From: Trichosphaerium sp. ATCC 40318
Taxonomy: Eukaryota > Protista > Tubulinea
Length of the DNA stretch: 64,000 nucleotides
Assembly (NCBI GenBank): GCA_038496445.1
Contig: JALMLS010000093.1
Location: forward strand, 310,001 to 374,000
Direction of reading: 5' to 3'
Position numbers and translations under genes: made by a program. This document shows, one piece after another, positions 1-13,935 of the stretch. The notes under the pieces are model-generated. The model ran no database searches. It was not told the DNA's origin and worked only from the letters and a program-made list of their open reading frames with translations. The stretch's first letter is position 1. Each line of letters opens with the position of its first letter.

Positions 1-2362
1 TAGAGTTCTCATTAGCTTGGCACATACCAATAGCACGATTCTTTGCTGGAACGCCATACTGGAGGTCAGAGCACTTGTTTTATCATTTCAGTGAATACTA
101 ACTGTACATTTCGAAACCAGGCGATATCGTCGGTATTATAAAGGTCCTGTTGTATTAGAAAGACTTGTACGTGATGCATTGATTGAGTACCCTTCATGGA
201 GGAAGAATATCGAAAAATGGCAGAAACCTATTACTAAAAACAAACAAATGAATAAGAATTATAAACAAGCATTATTCAATGAACTTTATTACCTTGTTGA
301 TGGCGGTAGTGTTTGGTTAGATAACTTCGATTTGGATGAAGGTACAACAAAACAAAACAAAAAAAACACGTGATTTTGTTTATTAAATCTATTATTAGAT
401 ACTCAGCTTGATGCTAATGACATGGGAAGATTTGGATATTTAGAGGGATTGGAGTATCTCATGTACAATACATACGATGTTCATTTTTATGCTTCTTTTG
501 CGTTGGGTATGCTGTGGCCAAAGATTGAGTTGGCGTTGCAAGTACGTTACCGCAACGTTCATGTAGAGATTTTTATTTTGTACTAGGAGGATGTAGCTAA
601 AGCTACAATGACTGAGTATGAGGATGTATGGACTACTTTACATACAGGAGAAAAAGCCAAGAGAAAAGTAAGCGTTGCTATACTTTATCGCCGTTTAATA
701 CCTTTTAGACGCTTCACTCTGTGCCTCATGATATGGGAAATCCTGGAGATGATCCTTGGAAGCGAGTTAACTCGTATAACATACAAGTAAGTTTCAAAGT
801 AAATAAAATCATCAAACTGAGAAATCATTTATTTCTTTGTGAACGACCAACAAACTGTTCTCTTTAGGATATTTCGAGATGGAAGGATTTAAATTGCAAG
901 TTTGTTTTACAAATATACAGAGACTATATCATCACAAAGGATAATCCAGATATAGATTCAATGGGATTTCTCAAACGTGAGTTTAGAAAAAAGTAAAAAT
1001 CTCCCACCTAAATTTTTTGCTCAACTATAGGTATGTGGCCTGTTATGAAGCACGCAATTGGATACATGATGCAGTTTGATAAAGATAGTGATGGAATGAT
1101 AGAAAATGAAGGTTTCCCTGACCAAACTTATGATGCGTGGTCTGTTTTAGGTTGCAGGTAACGCATTTAATAAAATACCGTAATTTTGCACGTGATGCTT
1201 AACAAAACACTGATAGCGCGTACTGTGGAAGTTTATGGATAGCAGCGTTGAAGACTTGCAGGTTAGGACATTTTTGGTTTTGATATAAGCTATTGTTTGT
1301 TAAATGGTTTCGCTTTTCTGTAGTGTCGTCGGTAAGCTACTGGATGATAAAGAGAGTGCTGAGAGTTATGATGTAAAATACGCTAAAGGTAATCGATTTT
1401 TTTATTATCTTTTCTTCTTAATTCGTTAACTGATGGTTTCTTTAGCGTGTTCTGTATACATTGATAAATTATGGAATGGTCGGTATTTTGATTACGACGA
1501 AACAGATCGTAATCACGGAGACTCTATAATGGCACGTGATTAAAACAAATAATATCGCTCTTTTTCGTTTCTCTAATGTCTTTTATTTATATAGAGCGAT
1601 ATGCTTGCAGGTGTATGGTATGCCAATGCGTGCGATTTAGGAGATATTTTACCTCGTGATAAAGTCATTTCATCGCTTAAGGTGATACATGAGTTTAACC
1701 TACAGAAATTCAATACTACACAAAATATGAGACTTGGACCAATAAATGGCATGCACCCAAACGGTACGTAAAAAAATACTGTATAACTATAGTTTGTCAT
1801 TGGATGGCCATGTTCGATACTTATGTTAACCAGGAACTATTGATAAGACGTGTTTGCAGTCAAGAGAAGTATGGACAGGGACTGCATATGCACTAGCAGC
1901 GTATGTTTTAATGTTCAAAAAAAAGTTGTTTTAAGTTGTTTCTTGCTATGTTGGATTATCATCAAAGCTGTAGTAACAAGTTGATTTTTAGGTTATTCCT
2001 ACAATATGACCTTGTAGAAGAGAGTAAATCAGTTGTAGATGCTATGGTAGAGAGCACGTATTACACTCTAGGATACGCGTTCCAAACACCAGAAGTATGT
2101 CAACAACAAAAGCTTTGCATCTTTGGTTTTTTTTTGTGTATACTTCTTTCTGTTTGTTTAATACCCTCATCTTTAGGCGTGGAATCCTGATGGTAAATAC
2201 AGATCTATGGGATATATGAGGCCACTGTGTATATGGGCAGTTCAATTAGAATGTTATCAAATGCAGAAACGTAATAATGAGAAAAGCGCTAAACTAACGA
2301 GCCCTGGGCCTCCTTTAAAGAAAAAATCTGTAAATTCTGATAATCTGCCAGGACACAATTAA
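1..2362 (+). CDS. GBA2: Non-lysosomal glucosylceramidase (GH116), multi-exon, 5' part outside window
   Basis: Spliced exons give [121 protein letters not shown]; stop TAA at 2360-2362. Confidence 0.95.
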
Positions 2363-3534
2363 ATATCAGGTTTAGAATCACATCGAATCGAAGTATACAC
2401 ATTTTTTTTTTTGTTTTTTTTGCCTTTTGTTTTTTTGATGGTTTGTCTGACACATCGATTTGAATTTCTTGAAGTAATACCCTATGCTTAGCGAACGCTA
2501 TGGCACGTGTCATTACCTCAACAATTTTGTTTGTCCTTCTCTCAAAGCGGCTCACAAAGTATGGATTGAGGTCGCAAATATAGGGTAACAACGTATGTAG
2601 TTTGCCATTACGGATGATCGTATGTTTTTCGAAAGATACTTATCTTTCGAAGGTTACGTCAGAGTTTTTTTTAAATATAACCGTTGGATTGTTCGTTTTG
2701 ATTTTGAATTTTCATAAAAATGTCGGTTTGTTACCGGTTAAATACTGTGGATTATTTTTTTTATCCTATTGTTAGTACTTTGTACTAGCGACTTATTAAA
2801 CATTACAATATAATATGTACAAGCGTATGAAAGCGAATCACAGGCCGAAAATGTCGCTTTTCTTCTTTTTTTTTCTGTAAATATTTTTAGGTACTTCAAA
2901 ACGTGTGGTAGGCATAAAAATGATAAATAAAGCGCGCAAGTAACTTTTTGGTGTCGTTGAAACTTTTTTTTTTTTGACTTTTTATCATTTTTGGTTGCTT
3001 TCTCAATAAAATTTTTTCCTAACGTACACTAAATTTTACGAAAATGACGGTAGTGTATCTTGATTACATGGCGTAATTGCGGACTCCGAATAATTTTTTT
3101 GATTTTTTTCATGGTACTCTGTGGTATTGAAGACGCATTTTTGGAGAATATCTTTTTTTTCTCAACACTTACACTAATCACGATGATTTATACCCTGTTG
3201 TACCCACAATAATACGCTTGTTACGCGCGCATACTTTTGGATAATTACAACGCCGGTTAAACCACAATACAATGAGAATGTCGTAACGAAGCCGAAACTG
3301 GTTTCTACGCATAATACATCGCCACGAGCGTATGGTAGGTAAATAGTCAGAACTTGACAACACCGAAAAAAATTAACGGCGAAATGCACTTAAGCACCGA
3401 AAACTTTAAGGCAACTAGTAATTTCTTCCATTTTTTACTGTAAACATGTAAACGCGTTATAACCCTCTACGCATTTGTTTAAACGTACTCTACGCCCCGT
3501 AGAACAAAAAAACAGCTTATCGTGACTGACCTCA

Positions 3535-3695
3535 TTTTCGCGCGGTTTGAAAAAAAAAACCTCCAACACTCGATAGTTAGGACGGGCTTTTTGAGTGCGA
3601 CCAACACCAAAAGTGTCAGCGCCATACTTTAGATAGATTCTATTTTACCGCGCAAAAAATGAGATGGCGCGAAATATTTAAAAATAAAACCGTTA
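3535..3695. promoter_or_regulatory. Cell-cycle-type promoter elements upstream of 3R-MYB: E2F sites, CHR-like element, MYB site
   Basis: TTTTCGCGCGG immediately followed by TTTGAA (3535-3551); TGGCGCGAAA (3665-3674, reverse complement of TTTCGCGCCA); AACCGTTA (3688-3695); all within ~290 bp of the ATG at 3822. Confidence 0.55.
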
Positions 3696-3821
3696 ACAAA
3701 TTAGTGTCTGTACTGAAATCTCGTTTTTTTTTGCAAATTTCCGTGAAAGTCTTTACCCGTCAGCAATATAGCGAACTCTGGTGTCTCCCACGGCACCAAG
3801 TCGATTAAGTATAACAAATTA

Positions 3822-6800
3822 ATGTCTTCTGGCTTAGTAAATAGCCGTGGAAGGGATCTAGGAGTACGGTAAGGGTCAATTAGCAAATCGATTTTACGCG
3901 ACCGAGACATTCGTAAGAGGGCTCTAAAGTCGTGAGGACGTTGCAAAAACAGAGCGTATCCTATTTAGAGTACTCGCGACGCCTCGTTTGTAGTTGTCGC
4001 AAGATGAGCATAAAACAAACCTCTTATTATTTATCTATAGCCATGGTAACACCGCACAACCCAAACAAGCGCGTTCACGAGGTCGTTGGAACTCTAAAGA
4101 GGTAAATTAAGAACCTTCTACGATGTAACACTTTCGCATCTTTCCTTTGCTTTTAACGCATTCCAATACCACTCTATTATTGCGTCAAAATTGTTTTCTA
4201 TGTTTTTGGAGTACTTTTATGCGCAAATAAGGCCGTGTAGCGGTGTTCACTAAATCTGTTCGTTAACTTGAGAATCGCTAGGATGAACTTCTAAAAGACG
4301 CTGTACATAAATACGGTGGGAAGAATTGGAAGAAAATAGCAGAGCACGTTCCTGGGCGAACTGATGTCCAATGCCTTCACAGATGGCAAAAAGTGCTCAA
4401 TCCAACGCTCGTAAAGGGCCCATGGACCAAAAAGGTATTATAGAGTACCTTTCGCGTTCGTGCGAGTCGGTTACAAAGCTTTTTCAGATCTTTTCTAAAT
4501 TTAATACAGGAGGACGATATTGTCCGTGGGTTAGTTCTAAAGAACGGGCCAAAGAAATGGAGCTTCATTGCGGACAGTTTGCCAGGTAGAAACGGAAAAC
4601 AATGCAGAGAAAGGTATGTTCATCGTAGTATGTCTTCAAACGCGCCTATACTTAGCGCTTGTATCGGTGGTGCATGACAGTTTTGATCGAATTCAACCTA
4701 GCCGAAAAAAACGTGATTTTTTAATTAACGGTAATATCCCCTCTCAATACGCGTAGGTGGCACAATCACTTGGACCCTGCTATTAAGAAGGGAAACTGGT
4801 CAGAGTCGGAGGATAAATTAATAAAGGAGCTACACAGCAAGTTTGGCAATAAGTGGGCAGAGATCTCGAAACATCTTGAAGGACGTACAGCCAATGCTAT
4901 TAAAAATCATTGGAATTCGACAATGAAACGAAAAATGAGACAAAGTCAAACAAGTAAACGAAAAACTTCTACGAGGAAGAAAGGTACTGCGTTTAGGAAG
5001 CGTCAAAGTGAGCACAAAAGTTTTTCTTTTTTTTTTTTTGTTGTTGAAATAGTTTTCTGACATTTTTTGTTTTAAGCGACACCAACGACTAGAACTCGTT
5101 TGAGAAAGCGTGCACCTGTTGTACAAGAAGAGAAGCCAGTTGTTGCAGCACCACCAACGAACTTGCCTCGGCCGTACCCGGCTGAACGACAAGAACTGGT
5201 TGCTGAAGAAGCTTTCGAGCCAAACGCTGATTGGGAGCCTCCACAGGCTTTACCAGCTATTGTGCCTTCTTTTCCAGTACGTCCTTGCTTTGAACTTTTT
5301 TTTTGGATTGTTTTTTGTTTTCGTTGCAAATCGTCGCTTTTGAGTGTTTGTATCGTTTAGCTTATCATTTTTTTCTAAAAGGTAAACGAACAACCTCAAC
5401 AACAGCCTTTGGTTGAACCGAACATGAACCCTTACTCTACACCTCAAAAGTATAAGGGAGAGTACTCTGGGTCATTTCTTGAGTCAAACACGCGTACGTT
5501 TAGTGCTAAAAGCCGTTTTCTTTTTTTTTTGAATTTTGAATTGTATTGACTTTTTGAGTGTAGCACAAGGCCTTGGAAGTCCTATGGATGTTGAATACCT
5601 TTGCTTGAATAATTTATTTGATACACCAGAGTCTAGAACAGTTTTATCGCCTTACATTGTAAGAACACCTGATAAGTTCAAATGTCACCTTTACTCCCCT
5701 CCTACGATTCTACGCAAACGTAAGTCGCCTGGTAGTTCTGGTTTTTCAAGCCCTTCACCTATGGTACGTATTCTGTTTTTTTATGTCAAGTCTACAATTT
5801 CTTTTCCTTTCCAGAATTTTTTTTTTTTGGTTTCCGGTGCTTTGGAGTTTTTACGCGCCTTTTTTGGCGCGTAGTTGGTGTTCGGTTTTAATGGTATTTT
5901 CTTACGTTATTGTTTAGAAAGGACCTCCTCCTATTGGTTCGCCATATTCTTTGGACCTTTGTAGATCTCCATTTTCTCCTAGTATCTTCTTTTCGTCTTC
6001 TAAAGGCGTTGCTACGCCAAAAGCAGTTCGTCCGGATAATAGGTTCGTATTTTTTACCATTTTGATTTTCTCCACGTAGCGTCATAACGCTACGCGGTTA
6101 TTTTTACTAGTAGTAGAAACCAGCAAATAACCTTGTTTTAGGTCGCCTACTAAGTTTCCTACACCAAATGGGAAGAATTCCCGACTCTCTCTTACACCTC
6201 AGGTATGACTTTTTTTGTAAATTCTTGTTACTGTACCAATGCGTTATTGCGTTATTGCGTTTGTATTCGTTTTTTTTTGAGTTTGAGCAATTGCAAAAAG
6301 TTGAGAAAAATGCTTACGCGTTGTTTAGAGACCAATTATGACGTCTTCTGAGACAGAGGAAGAGTTCATGTCACCTTACAAGCGTGCTAGAATATCTGGC
6401 TCTTTTTCAACGCACTCACTCGCCAATACTCCAAATGCAAAATCTAACAATATTCAAGTATGCGTTGGACCTTTTTGGTCTCTTGGACACGCTCAGGAAT
6501 TTAAAAAAATCAACTCACGTATAAACGGCTTCCCTGCAGACTCTGGCAAGCAAGCCATACAACAATTGAAAGAAAACAACCACCAATCTGCAGCTTTCTT
6601 CAAAAGAGCTCGTGATATCCTTTCCACAACGTCTACGCAGTCATTTGTCACTTCTCCACAACAAAAGAGTGGCGCCTGGACGCGTTCTAGTAGCCTTAAA
6701 ACCAAAACAACAGAACCTCCTACAAAAACTTCGGCGAACGGCAAAGTCCCTCTACACGTCACTCCAAATCGAACACGTAGCAGCCGCAGGGCGGCTGTTG

Positions 6801-6979
6801 TACCTGCAAAGGTTCTAAACACACATACACCAACAAGTCGCAGCTGTGCTGCGACTATCAAGCGTGAAGCTTCAAGCAAACACGAAGTTGCAAATTTACC
6901 GAAACCTCAGTTTGTTGGCGATAGTTTGAAGGAGAATTTACCTAATCATATCCTTTCTATGGCGAATGTTGGCGTTTAA
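3822..6979 (+). CDS. Three-repeat (R1R2R3) MYB transcription factor, B-Myb/MYB3R-like
   Basis: R1 [48 protein letters not shown]; R2 KGPWTKKEDD...[17 protein letters not shown]; R3 [12 protein letters not shown]...[18 protein letters not shown]; downstream [10 protein letters not shown] motif and many S/T-P sites. Confidence 0.93.
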
Positions 6980-7851
6980 AGATGCTGTTGATTGTAATTA
7001 TAGACTTGATGTGATGGTGTGGGCCACAAAAGCGGTGGGTTATTCTCCCTTGGCATCTTATTATTGAGATGCTGCGCTCGTCGAACGAAAACATTTTTTT
7101 TGAGCCGGATGCCTTTATTTTTTTTTTAAGCCGGTCATCGAATTTCAACGCCGAGGAAATTGTAAATTTAATGTCAAAAAGAACTCAACACAACAAAAAC
7201 AAAACACGGTGGGATAATACTCAAAAATACACGCAACACACAAAAATCTCTGAAAAAAAAAAGAAGAAAAAAATACTAAAAACCCGAATTGTATGCTATG
7301 TTAAAATAAAAAAAGCCCCAAAAGATTGTAAATAACTAGTGTTTATAATTTTACTTTTGTTTGTTGTCGTCTTATAATGTCATTTTGTTTTGGAAAAGAA
7401 AAGACGGATGAAACAGCTTTTTTTTTTTTGGGCAGCAAATGCTTTTACTTGCATTTCTTGGTTGAGAAAACACCTCAGTAACTCCTGGCGGTTTTGGGGA
7501 AGACACAACAATTTGAGCTTTTTGTAGTGCCATACATGTCTCATCACTAAATGCTGACGTAGCAGCTGTACTGTCTCCTTGATAGCTGTTATTGACATGT
7601 TTCTATCACGTGCTTTTCTCGAAAGTTGTCTTAGCACAAGCAAATATCCTCGCCGTAATAACAATGACATAGGTTCTTCTAGCCATTTTCATAAAGCAGC
7701 GATTTGGCACTCACTTAAAACCGCAGCATAAGTTACAAGTTACTGCTAACCGAAGTATGTCAGTTACAAAACAATCTGTTGTACCCATCTAATAAATAAC
7801 GTTTGAACTAAAAGATTTAACGAAGATAAATAGGTTATAGCGTTAACTTTA

Positions 7852-9289
7852 TTGGCGCTAGTAGTATGTTATCCTACAGTGCCTCTACACAATGGTGCGA
7901 CACCAGGTATGCGAATGCCAGTAGTTGGACTTGGTACAGGTCCGTATGGGTACGTAACGTACTCTACAATGGCTATTAACACTACGTCAAGTACTGGCGA
8001 GCATTGGGATAACACCGTCTCTGAAAAGGCAACCGCTGAATGGTAAACTTACCAAAAAAAAAAACGTTTAGAAAAATCGGTTGACGTTTCGAACTAAAAT
8101 TCTCTTCAGGCTTGAATTAGGAGGTAGACGAATCGATACGTCGACCAGTTATGGTACTCAAATAGGTATTGGTAATGCAATAGCAGCTAGCAAGATCCCT
8201 AGGAGTGAGATATTTGTTACAAGCAAAGTACGGCGTTCGAACAGTTTTTATTTTTTTGCTTTTTTTTTTCTCTAAGAGCCATTGTTTCTAGATAGCTCAG
8301 CCATACCCGCTTGACTACAACTCATCATTTACACAATTCAAACAAATACAAGAACAACTACAAACAGATTATGTTGATTTATTGCTTATTCATTGGCCTG
8401 GTGCGTCACGTGATAATTGCAATGTTAAAACCAACCTAGGTTGGGTAAAAGGCACAACACCAAGAGACGGATTTCCTCCTTGCTATGAAAATGACACTTG
8501 GAAGAAATGCCGCGTAGAAGCGTGGAAGGCCCTTCAAGATATTTTTCATAAAGGTGGCGCTAAAGCAATTGGCGTGAGCAACTTTGAAATCAATCATTTA
8601 TCGGGTAAATGCCAAGCTTTTTTGTTATGTATTGACTTTTTATAGACATCATGGAGATCCCTGGTAATATAATTCCTGCAGTAAATCAAGTAAGTAGCTA
8701 TCTCCAAGTATGTAACCTAAATACCCTATTTAGGTAGAATGTCATCCGTATTGGCATGAACCAGAATTAATTGCTTTTTGCAAATCTCATAAAATCCAAT
8801 TCAACACTTATTCTCCTTTCGCTGCCCCAGATCATATGGCACGTGTCAAATTACCTTATTCTTGCAATTTCAAAAAACGCAGGGAACATAACATGCTTAT
8901 TGTGTACTTCATAGAAATTCAACCCAGCCGTAATGCCTGTGCTTCTTCCAAACAACACAGTTGTAAAGAGTATTGCATCTTCACATAAAAAATCACCAGC
9001 ACAAGTTTGCTTCCGATGGGCCGTTCAACAAAACCTAGTTATAAACCCAAGGTACCAACAACCTACTCAATTCGATTGTTATCTAACACAATTAAAGAAC
9101 CCTCTCGGGAGATCATATGAAGGAGAATATGGACATATTTGACTTCAAACTGACAGACGAAGAAATGAAGTCTTTGAGTATGTTTTTTTTTGTTTGCGTT
9201 ATTCAACCTGGTTTTCTTATTTTTTTACCAAAGGTGCTTTAAACCATCCTATGAGAAAAGTATGCCCAGATCCTCATAAAATCGAATAA
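7852..9289 (+). CDS. Aldo-keto reductase (start codon uncertain)
   Basis: MPVVGLGT, GGRRIDTSTSYG, RSEIFVTSK, YVDLLLIHWPG, AKAIGVSNF, PAVNQVECHPYW, KSPAQVCFRWAVQ, MKENMDIFDFKL; stop at 9287-9289. Confidence 0.92.
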
Positions 9290-9547
9290 ACGTGAACATC
9301 TAACATCCCAAAATCTACAGTTTTTTTTGCCCAATACGAAAATGAAACTTCATGTCTTCAAAGTTTTACATCCATGCGTAAGGACCTACTCTCCTGCAAA
9401 CTATTCAAAAGTTTAAATGTTAACAACGTGTAGTAAGTTCATTATGTCAATTCATAAACCAATTCTATTTAACTGAGGTTCAACAAACCACTAGTCTAGT
9501 TTTAATCTAAAGTAGTTCTACAATTACATTTTCTTTCTTTTTTTTTT

Positions 9548-12500
9548 CTATATTTTCCCGAGCATCTTACATATATGGTCCATCTTAGGTCTCTTATCTG
9601 GATCGAATGACCAACATAAATTCATTATTTTGACATAATCTGGTGGTGTTAGTTCTGTGTCTATTTCTGGAGTTGTTCCTTCTTCTCGAATTTTTATTGC
9701 AATGTCAATGAGGTTATCATTGTCGTACCAAGGCTCTTTCTCATGAAATATCTCGTACTAAACAGTCAAATTAGTACAAGTACACGCAAGCAAACAATAC
9801 TATAAAGTTCAAAAAAAGATCGCATAGCAAGAGCAGGGTTAAGCCGTAAAATATTATTTTTCTTTTTTCGAGGAATTTTGTAGGTTGTGAAGTACCAGCA
9901 GACATGCGAATGACCAAACATCTGATTTTGCAGAAAACGATTTGTGCATGTTCTCAGGAGCCATCCATTTGATTGGACCAATATTACTCTTTGTCTTTGC
10001 TGCAACATGCTCTGCATCATCAACGTTTCTAGACATACCGAAATCGCTTATTTTAGGAACAAAGCGATCATCTAGAAGCACATTTCTGGCAGCTAAATCC
10101 CTAGACAAAAATAAACCACGTGAAACTCGCTTTGTTAACAAATTTCGAAAAAAAGTGTCAAAAAAGGCGACTGATGTTTTCAACAGCCTGGAGGCTGAGT
10201 ATGATTTAATGATTATCAAGAATGTGATCGTACCTATGTACAATTCCTTCTTTATGTAGGTGAAGTAATCCCTTTGCAACACCAATAATAATTTTTTCTT
10301 TTGTGAAAGGGAAGGTCTGCCTTCCTTTGGACCGTAAAGCATTGCATCAAGTGAACCACCTTGTGTCAAAATAATAAGAACATTACTCATTAACGGTTAT
10401 TGAATCTTAGTACCGCTCATGAATTCCATGACAAGAACGTTTGTGTCCTCTTTGACATACAAACCATATACCTTGAAATTTGTCACGTTTTTTTCAATGA
10501 ACAGTTGTTTAATGTAAGTGCAGGTACCTGTACAACGTTTGAATGTGGTCTCAAATTAGCCTATTAGTATATAAGATTATACCGGCTAAAATATATTAAT
10601 CTATAGGTACCATGAGCTTCACTTCTTCTTTAAATTGATCAGCTCCTGAAATATCAGTGCAAAATTTCAAGGCAACTTCATTGAAACGAAACAATCCCTT
10701 GCTAACTACTCCGTAGGCTCCTAGTACAAAAATGTTATCGAAGGATACCTTGTAATATTTTAGGCTTGTTCTATGGTATAAGGAGGGAGGTAATGTACCT
10801 TGTCCTATCTTCTCACCAACTTCAATTTCATCAGGATTAATCAACCAGCTGTTTGTTATTGCTTCCTTATTAGTAGATATGTTCATCAATGGAATAGAGT
10901 CTAAAAGCACTCATGTTAGTTGTTGAAGAATCAAATTATAAGTCTTACTATCATTCATTTGAGCGTAGTGAGAATCTTTGCGTTGTTGTGGTGCAGGTAC
11001 TGAATCATACGTTTTTGGTTCTGCGAAAAAAGATTAACAACTCATCTTTCTAGAACAGACTTTGTACCATCGATTATTGCTTCTTCTTGGTGACTCTTGC
11101 TAGCAGTACTGATATGGCTTGATTCTCGTCTCTTCTATAGAGGGTACTTGGTGAGATAGGGCCGTCTTTTCCAATTTCCAAGAAAATAGAGAGCGTACTT
11201 TGAAAAGCACCAAGATCACGATCAGAATCAACAATAGAGAAACCATTACTACTACAACTACAATGATAACTATCAGAGTTATAGGTGACTCATCGCCAGT
11301 TGACGTTGCTTGTGAGTTTCCACATTGAACAGAATAAGACTGTTCACAAATGACATTTGTTATTGTTAAATTGCCATCGTTTTGAGCAAGTACATCGGTT
11401 GGAAGACAACAAAACTTGATAGCAGTTCCCTCAGCGCCAGTTCCTAAGTAAGGATAAGATTGTGAGTTTGTTTATGATACAACACATACCATTAATCACC
11501 CCTATAGTCGCATTAAAGGCAATCATTCTTTTCATTGATTGTTGTCGAACAAGTTCGCGGATTTCAAAAGAATCAGGACCTATGTTCAACCTTATTGCGA
11601 TTTCTTCAATCAATTCTGCTCCAATATCAGAAGAACTTATTAGCAAGCCATCATATTCGAACTCGACAGTAACAATAGTGACAACTGGTTGTAATTGTGG
11701 TTCTGTTGGTATCACAAAAGTAGGAATCGGAGAGCTTGGTTGAGAAACAGTACTTGGCGGGGTTGTTGATGGCTCTGCTGGTATTGGTATTATATAAAAG
11801 AATACTTCATCATCTGATTCGTATGTAATCTTATACCAAGTACGTAAGTAATAACTTTTGAATTGCATTGACTCAAAGCAAATCAAGAAAACACTTAGAA
11901 CGTACAAAGAAGTCTTGGTCTACCACCAGGATGGTTGGGTTTTTTGGAAGGTATTGATCAATATTCAAATCTGTTGTTCTTACACTACAGTCGCTGTCTA
12001 CTATAGAAATTGCCAATTTGTGCTTTGCTTTCTGTAGTTCACGTGATGTGATAACGACAAATTTGTCTTCATATGACTCAATATGGACATTCTCAATTCC
12101 GGTTATGTTCTCATTAGAAGGATGTAGTATTTCGCTTTCACATATAAGTGTATTTTCTCTTTCAATTGCGCTTGCTTTAAGTAGTAACGCTTTTAAATTA
12201 CCCTCTAAAAGAAGGATAAATTAGCAATCACAGAAGCTAAATAAACCGTTTTAGCTTTTTACTTCCGGCTGGTGCCGAGCAGACTCGAATGGTGCTGAGA
12301 AAAAAAAAGACAGTATGGAGCTTTAAAAATTGTCTTCTCGCTTACCACTATTGAGAGCAGCAACGCCTGTGGATTTAGTCATGTCGTTCAAGGTGCATTT
12401 TACATCTTCGGTATTAAAGTTTGTTAGGTTTGCATGATGCCTTGCGTGGGACTATTGAAGGTATCAGCGGAAGTCAGTTTATCGTCAAATGGGAACTTAC

Positions 12501-13508
12501 TACTCCTCCGGGGTTAATATTGATCCAACTTATATCCGCTTGTTTTGCGTATACAATCACAATACAGTCATTGCACTCATCACTACCTGCGCTCATATCC
12601 CAATATGTAGAGAGCTCTAATAGCATAGTTATAAGTAAGCATTTGAAGTATACTCTTACCTTCTACAATAGGAATAGCAGGTTCTGGAATTCGCTTTATT
12701 GTTACCTTAGGGTCTCTCCTGGAAAACGGTTGAGAAGCTGCATAAGATTGCATCCTATTTTGGCTGTATATAATTGATACAGTATTCTCGATACTCAAAT
12801 CATCGAAAAGCGTTAAACCACTAATAAGGTCTTTCTATATTATGGTAAAATGAGTGAGATATAGTTGACAGATAACGCTCGAAGGGGTAGCTTACGATGG
12901 GCGGGATAATTGTGTTAAGCACAATGGATATACTTTGGTCTTTCTGTTCAGTCACCAGTGCGAAAAACTGTCCGTTGTCATATCCTACTTTTGGATTGTA
13001 CCCTGATTCCTGTATATTCAATCTTTTTGGCACTACTTTTGTTCCACTTTGAATATCTAAAGCAAAAACAAAAATAAAATTTTGGGCACGTGCAAACTTG
13101 CTATGTTTTTTTTTTCGTTCTGCGTGAAGTGTACCATCGAAAGTGAAAGAAGCGGCCATAACGGTGGTGCTCGCTTCAAAAGCGACTACAAAGTACTCCT
13201 ACATTTCATTAGATTTCAGAATTTAGTTGGCTGATGGATAGATGTCATAAACTACCACGTACTGAGCCATAATCAATAGACGCATGTGCTAGGGTTTGTC
13301 CAGAATGAACGTTTATCAACTCGCGTAGTAGAAATGGCTTTGCCAAATCCAAGGAAACAGCTGTAAAGAATAAACGACAAATACAATTTTGTAACTTGCA
13401 AAAAAAAACTAAAACTAGAAAAACTGAATGGAAGGCGCCAGCTACCGAACCTGATCCGAATAAAAAGGATAACACTATAATATATCGATATAAGGTAAGG
13501 CGTTGCAT
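9548..13508 (-). CDS. Single-pass receptor kinase with tyrosine-kinase-type catalytic domain
   Basis: Signal peptide MQRLTLYRYIIVLSFLFGSGSVAG; long ectodomain; TM helix near 11200-11285; kinase motifs IGQGAYGVV, VALK, HRDLAARN, KISDFGMSR, GPIKWMAPE, SDVWSF, CWSFDPDKRP. Confidence 0.88.
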
Positions 13509-13935
13509 ATCCAGCGAAGTGGCTTCACAAAATGGCTTAAACAAGAAAAGACTCAAACTTGAAAAAAAATAGCAAATCACGTGGAAACACATTCTATTAC
13601 AATAAAATCAAATCTAAAGCGAATTTTATGAAAACGCATGAACAAGAAGTTGATGCTTAACTCAAAGATTCAGTGTACAAGGAAATTAGCTGACTATATA
13701 ATACTATTTGTTACAACGTGTCGCTCAAGAATACGATCAAGGCCACCAATTTAGTTGAACAGTATTTCGCCAAATTTTACGAAAAGCGGTCTTGTACGAT
13801 GGCCTATGGTTTTTGACTTTTTAGATACTCAGTTATACCAATAACCATATATTTAAGGATGTATAAGATGGAAATTTATTACACATGGGATAACAAGTAA
13901 ACTCAAAAACGTGTTGTTGTTTTTCGGGCTTCTTT

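Noticed and set aside
7380-7670. 96-aa minus-strand ORF
   Set aside because: No recognisable motif or supporting splice structure; probably spurious.
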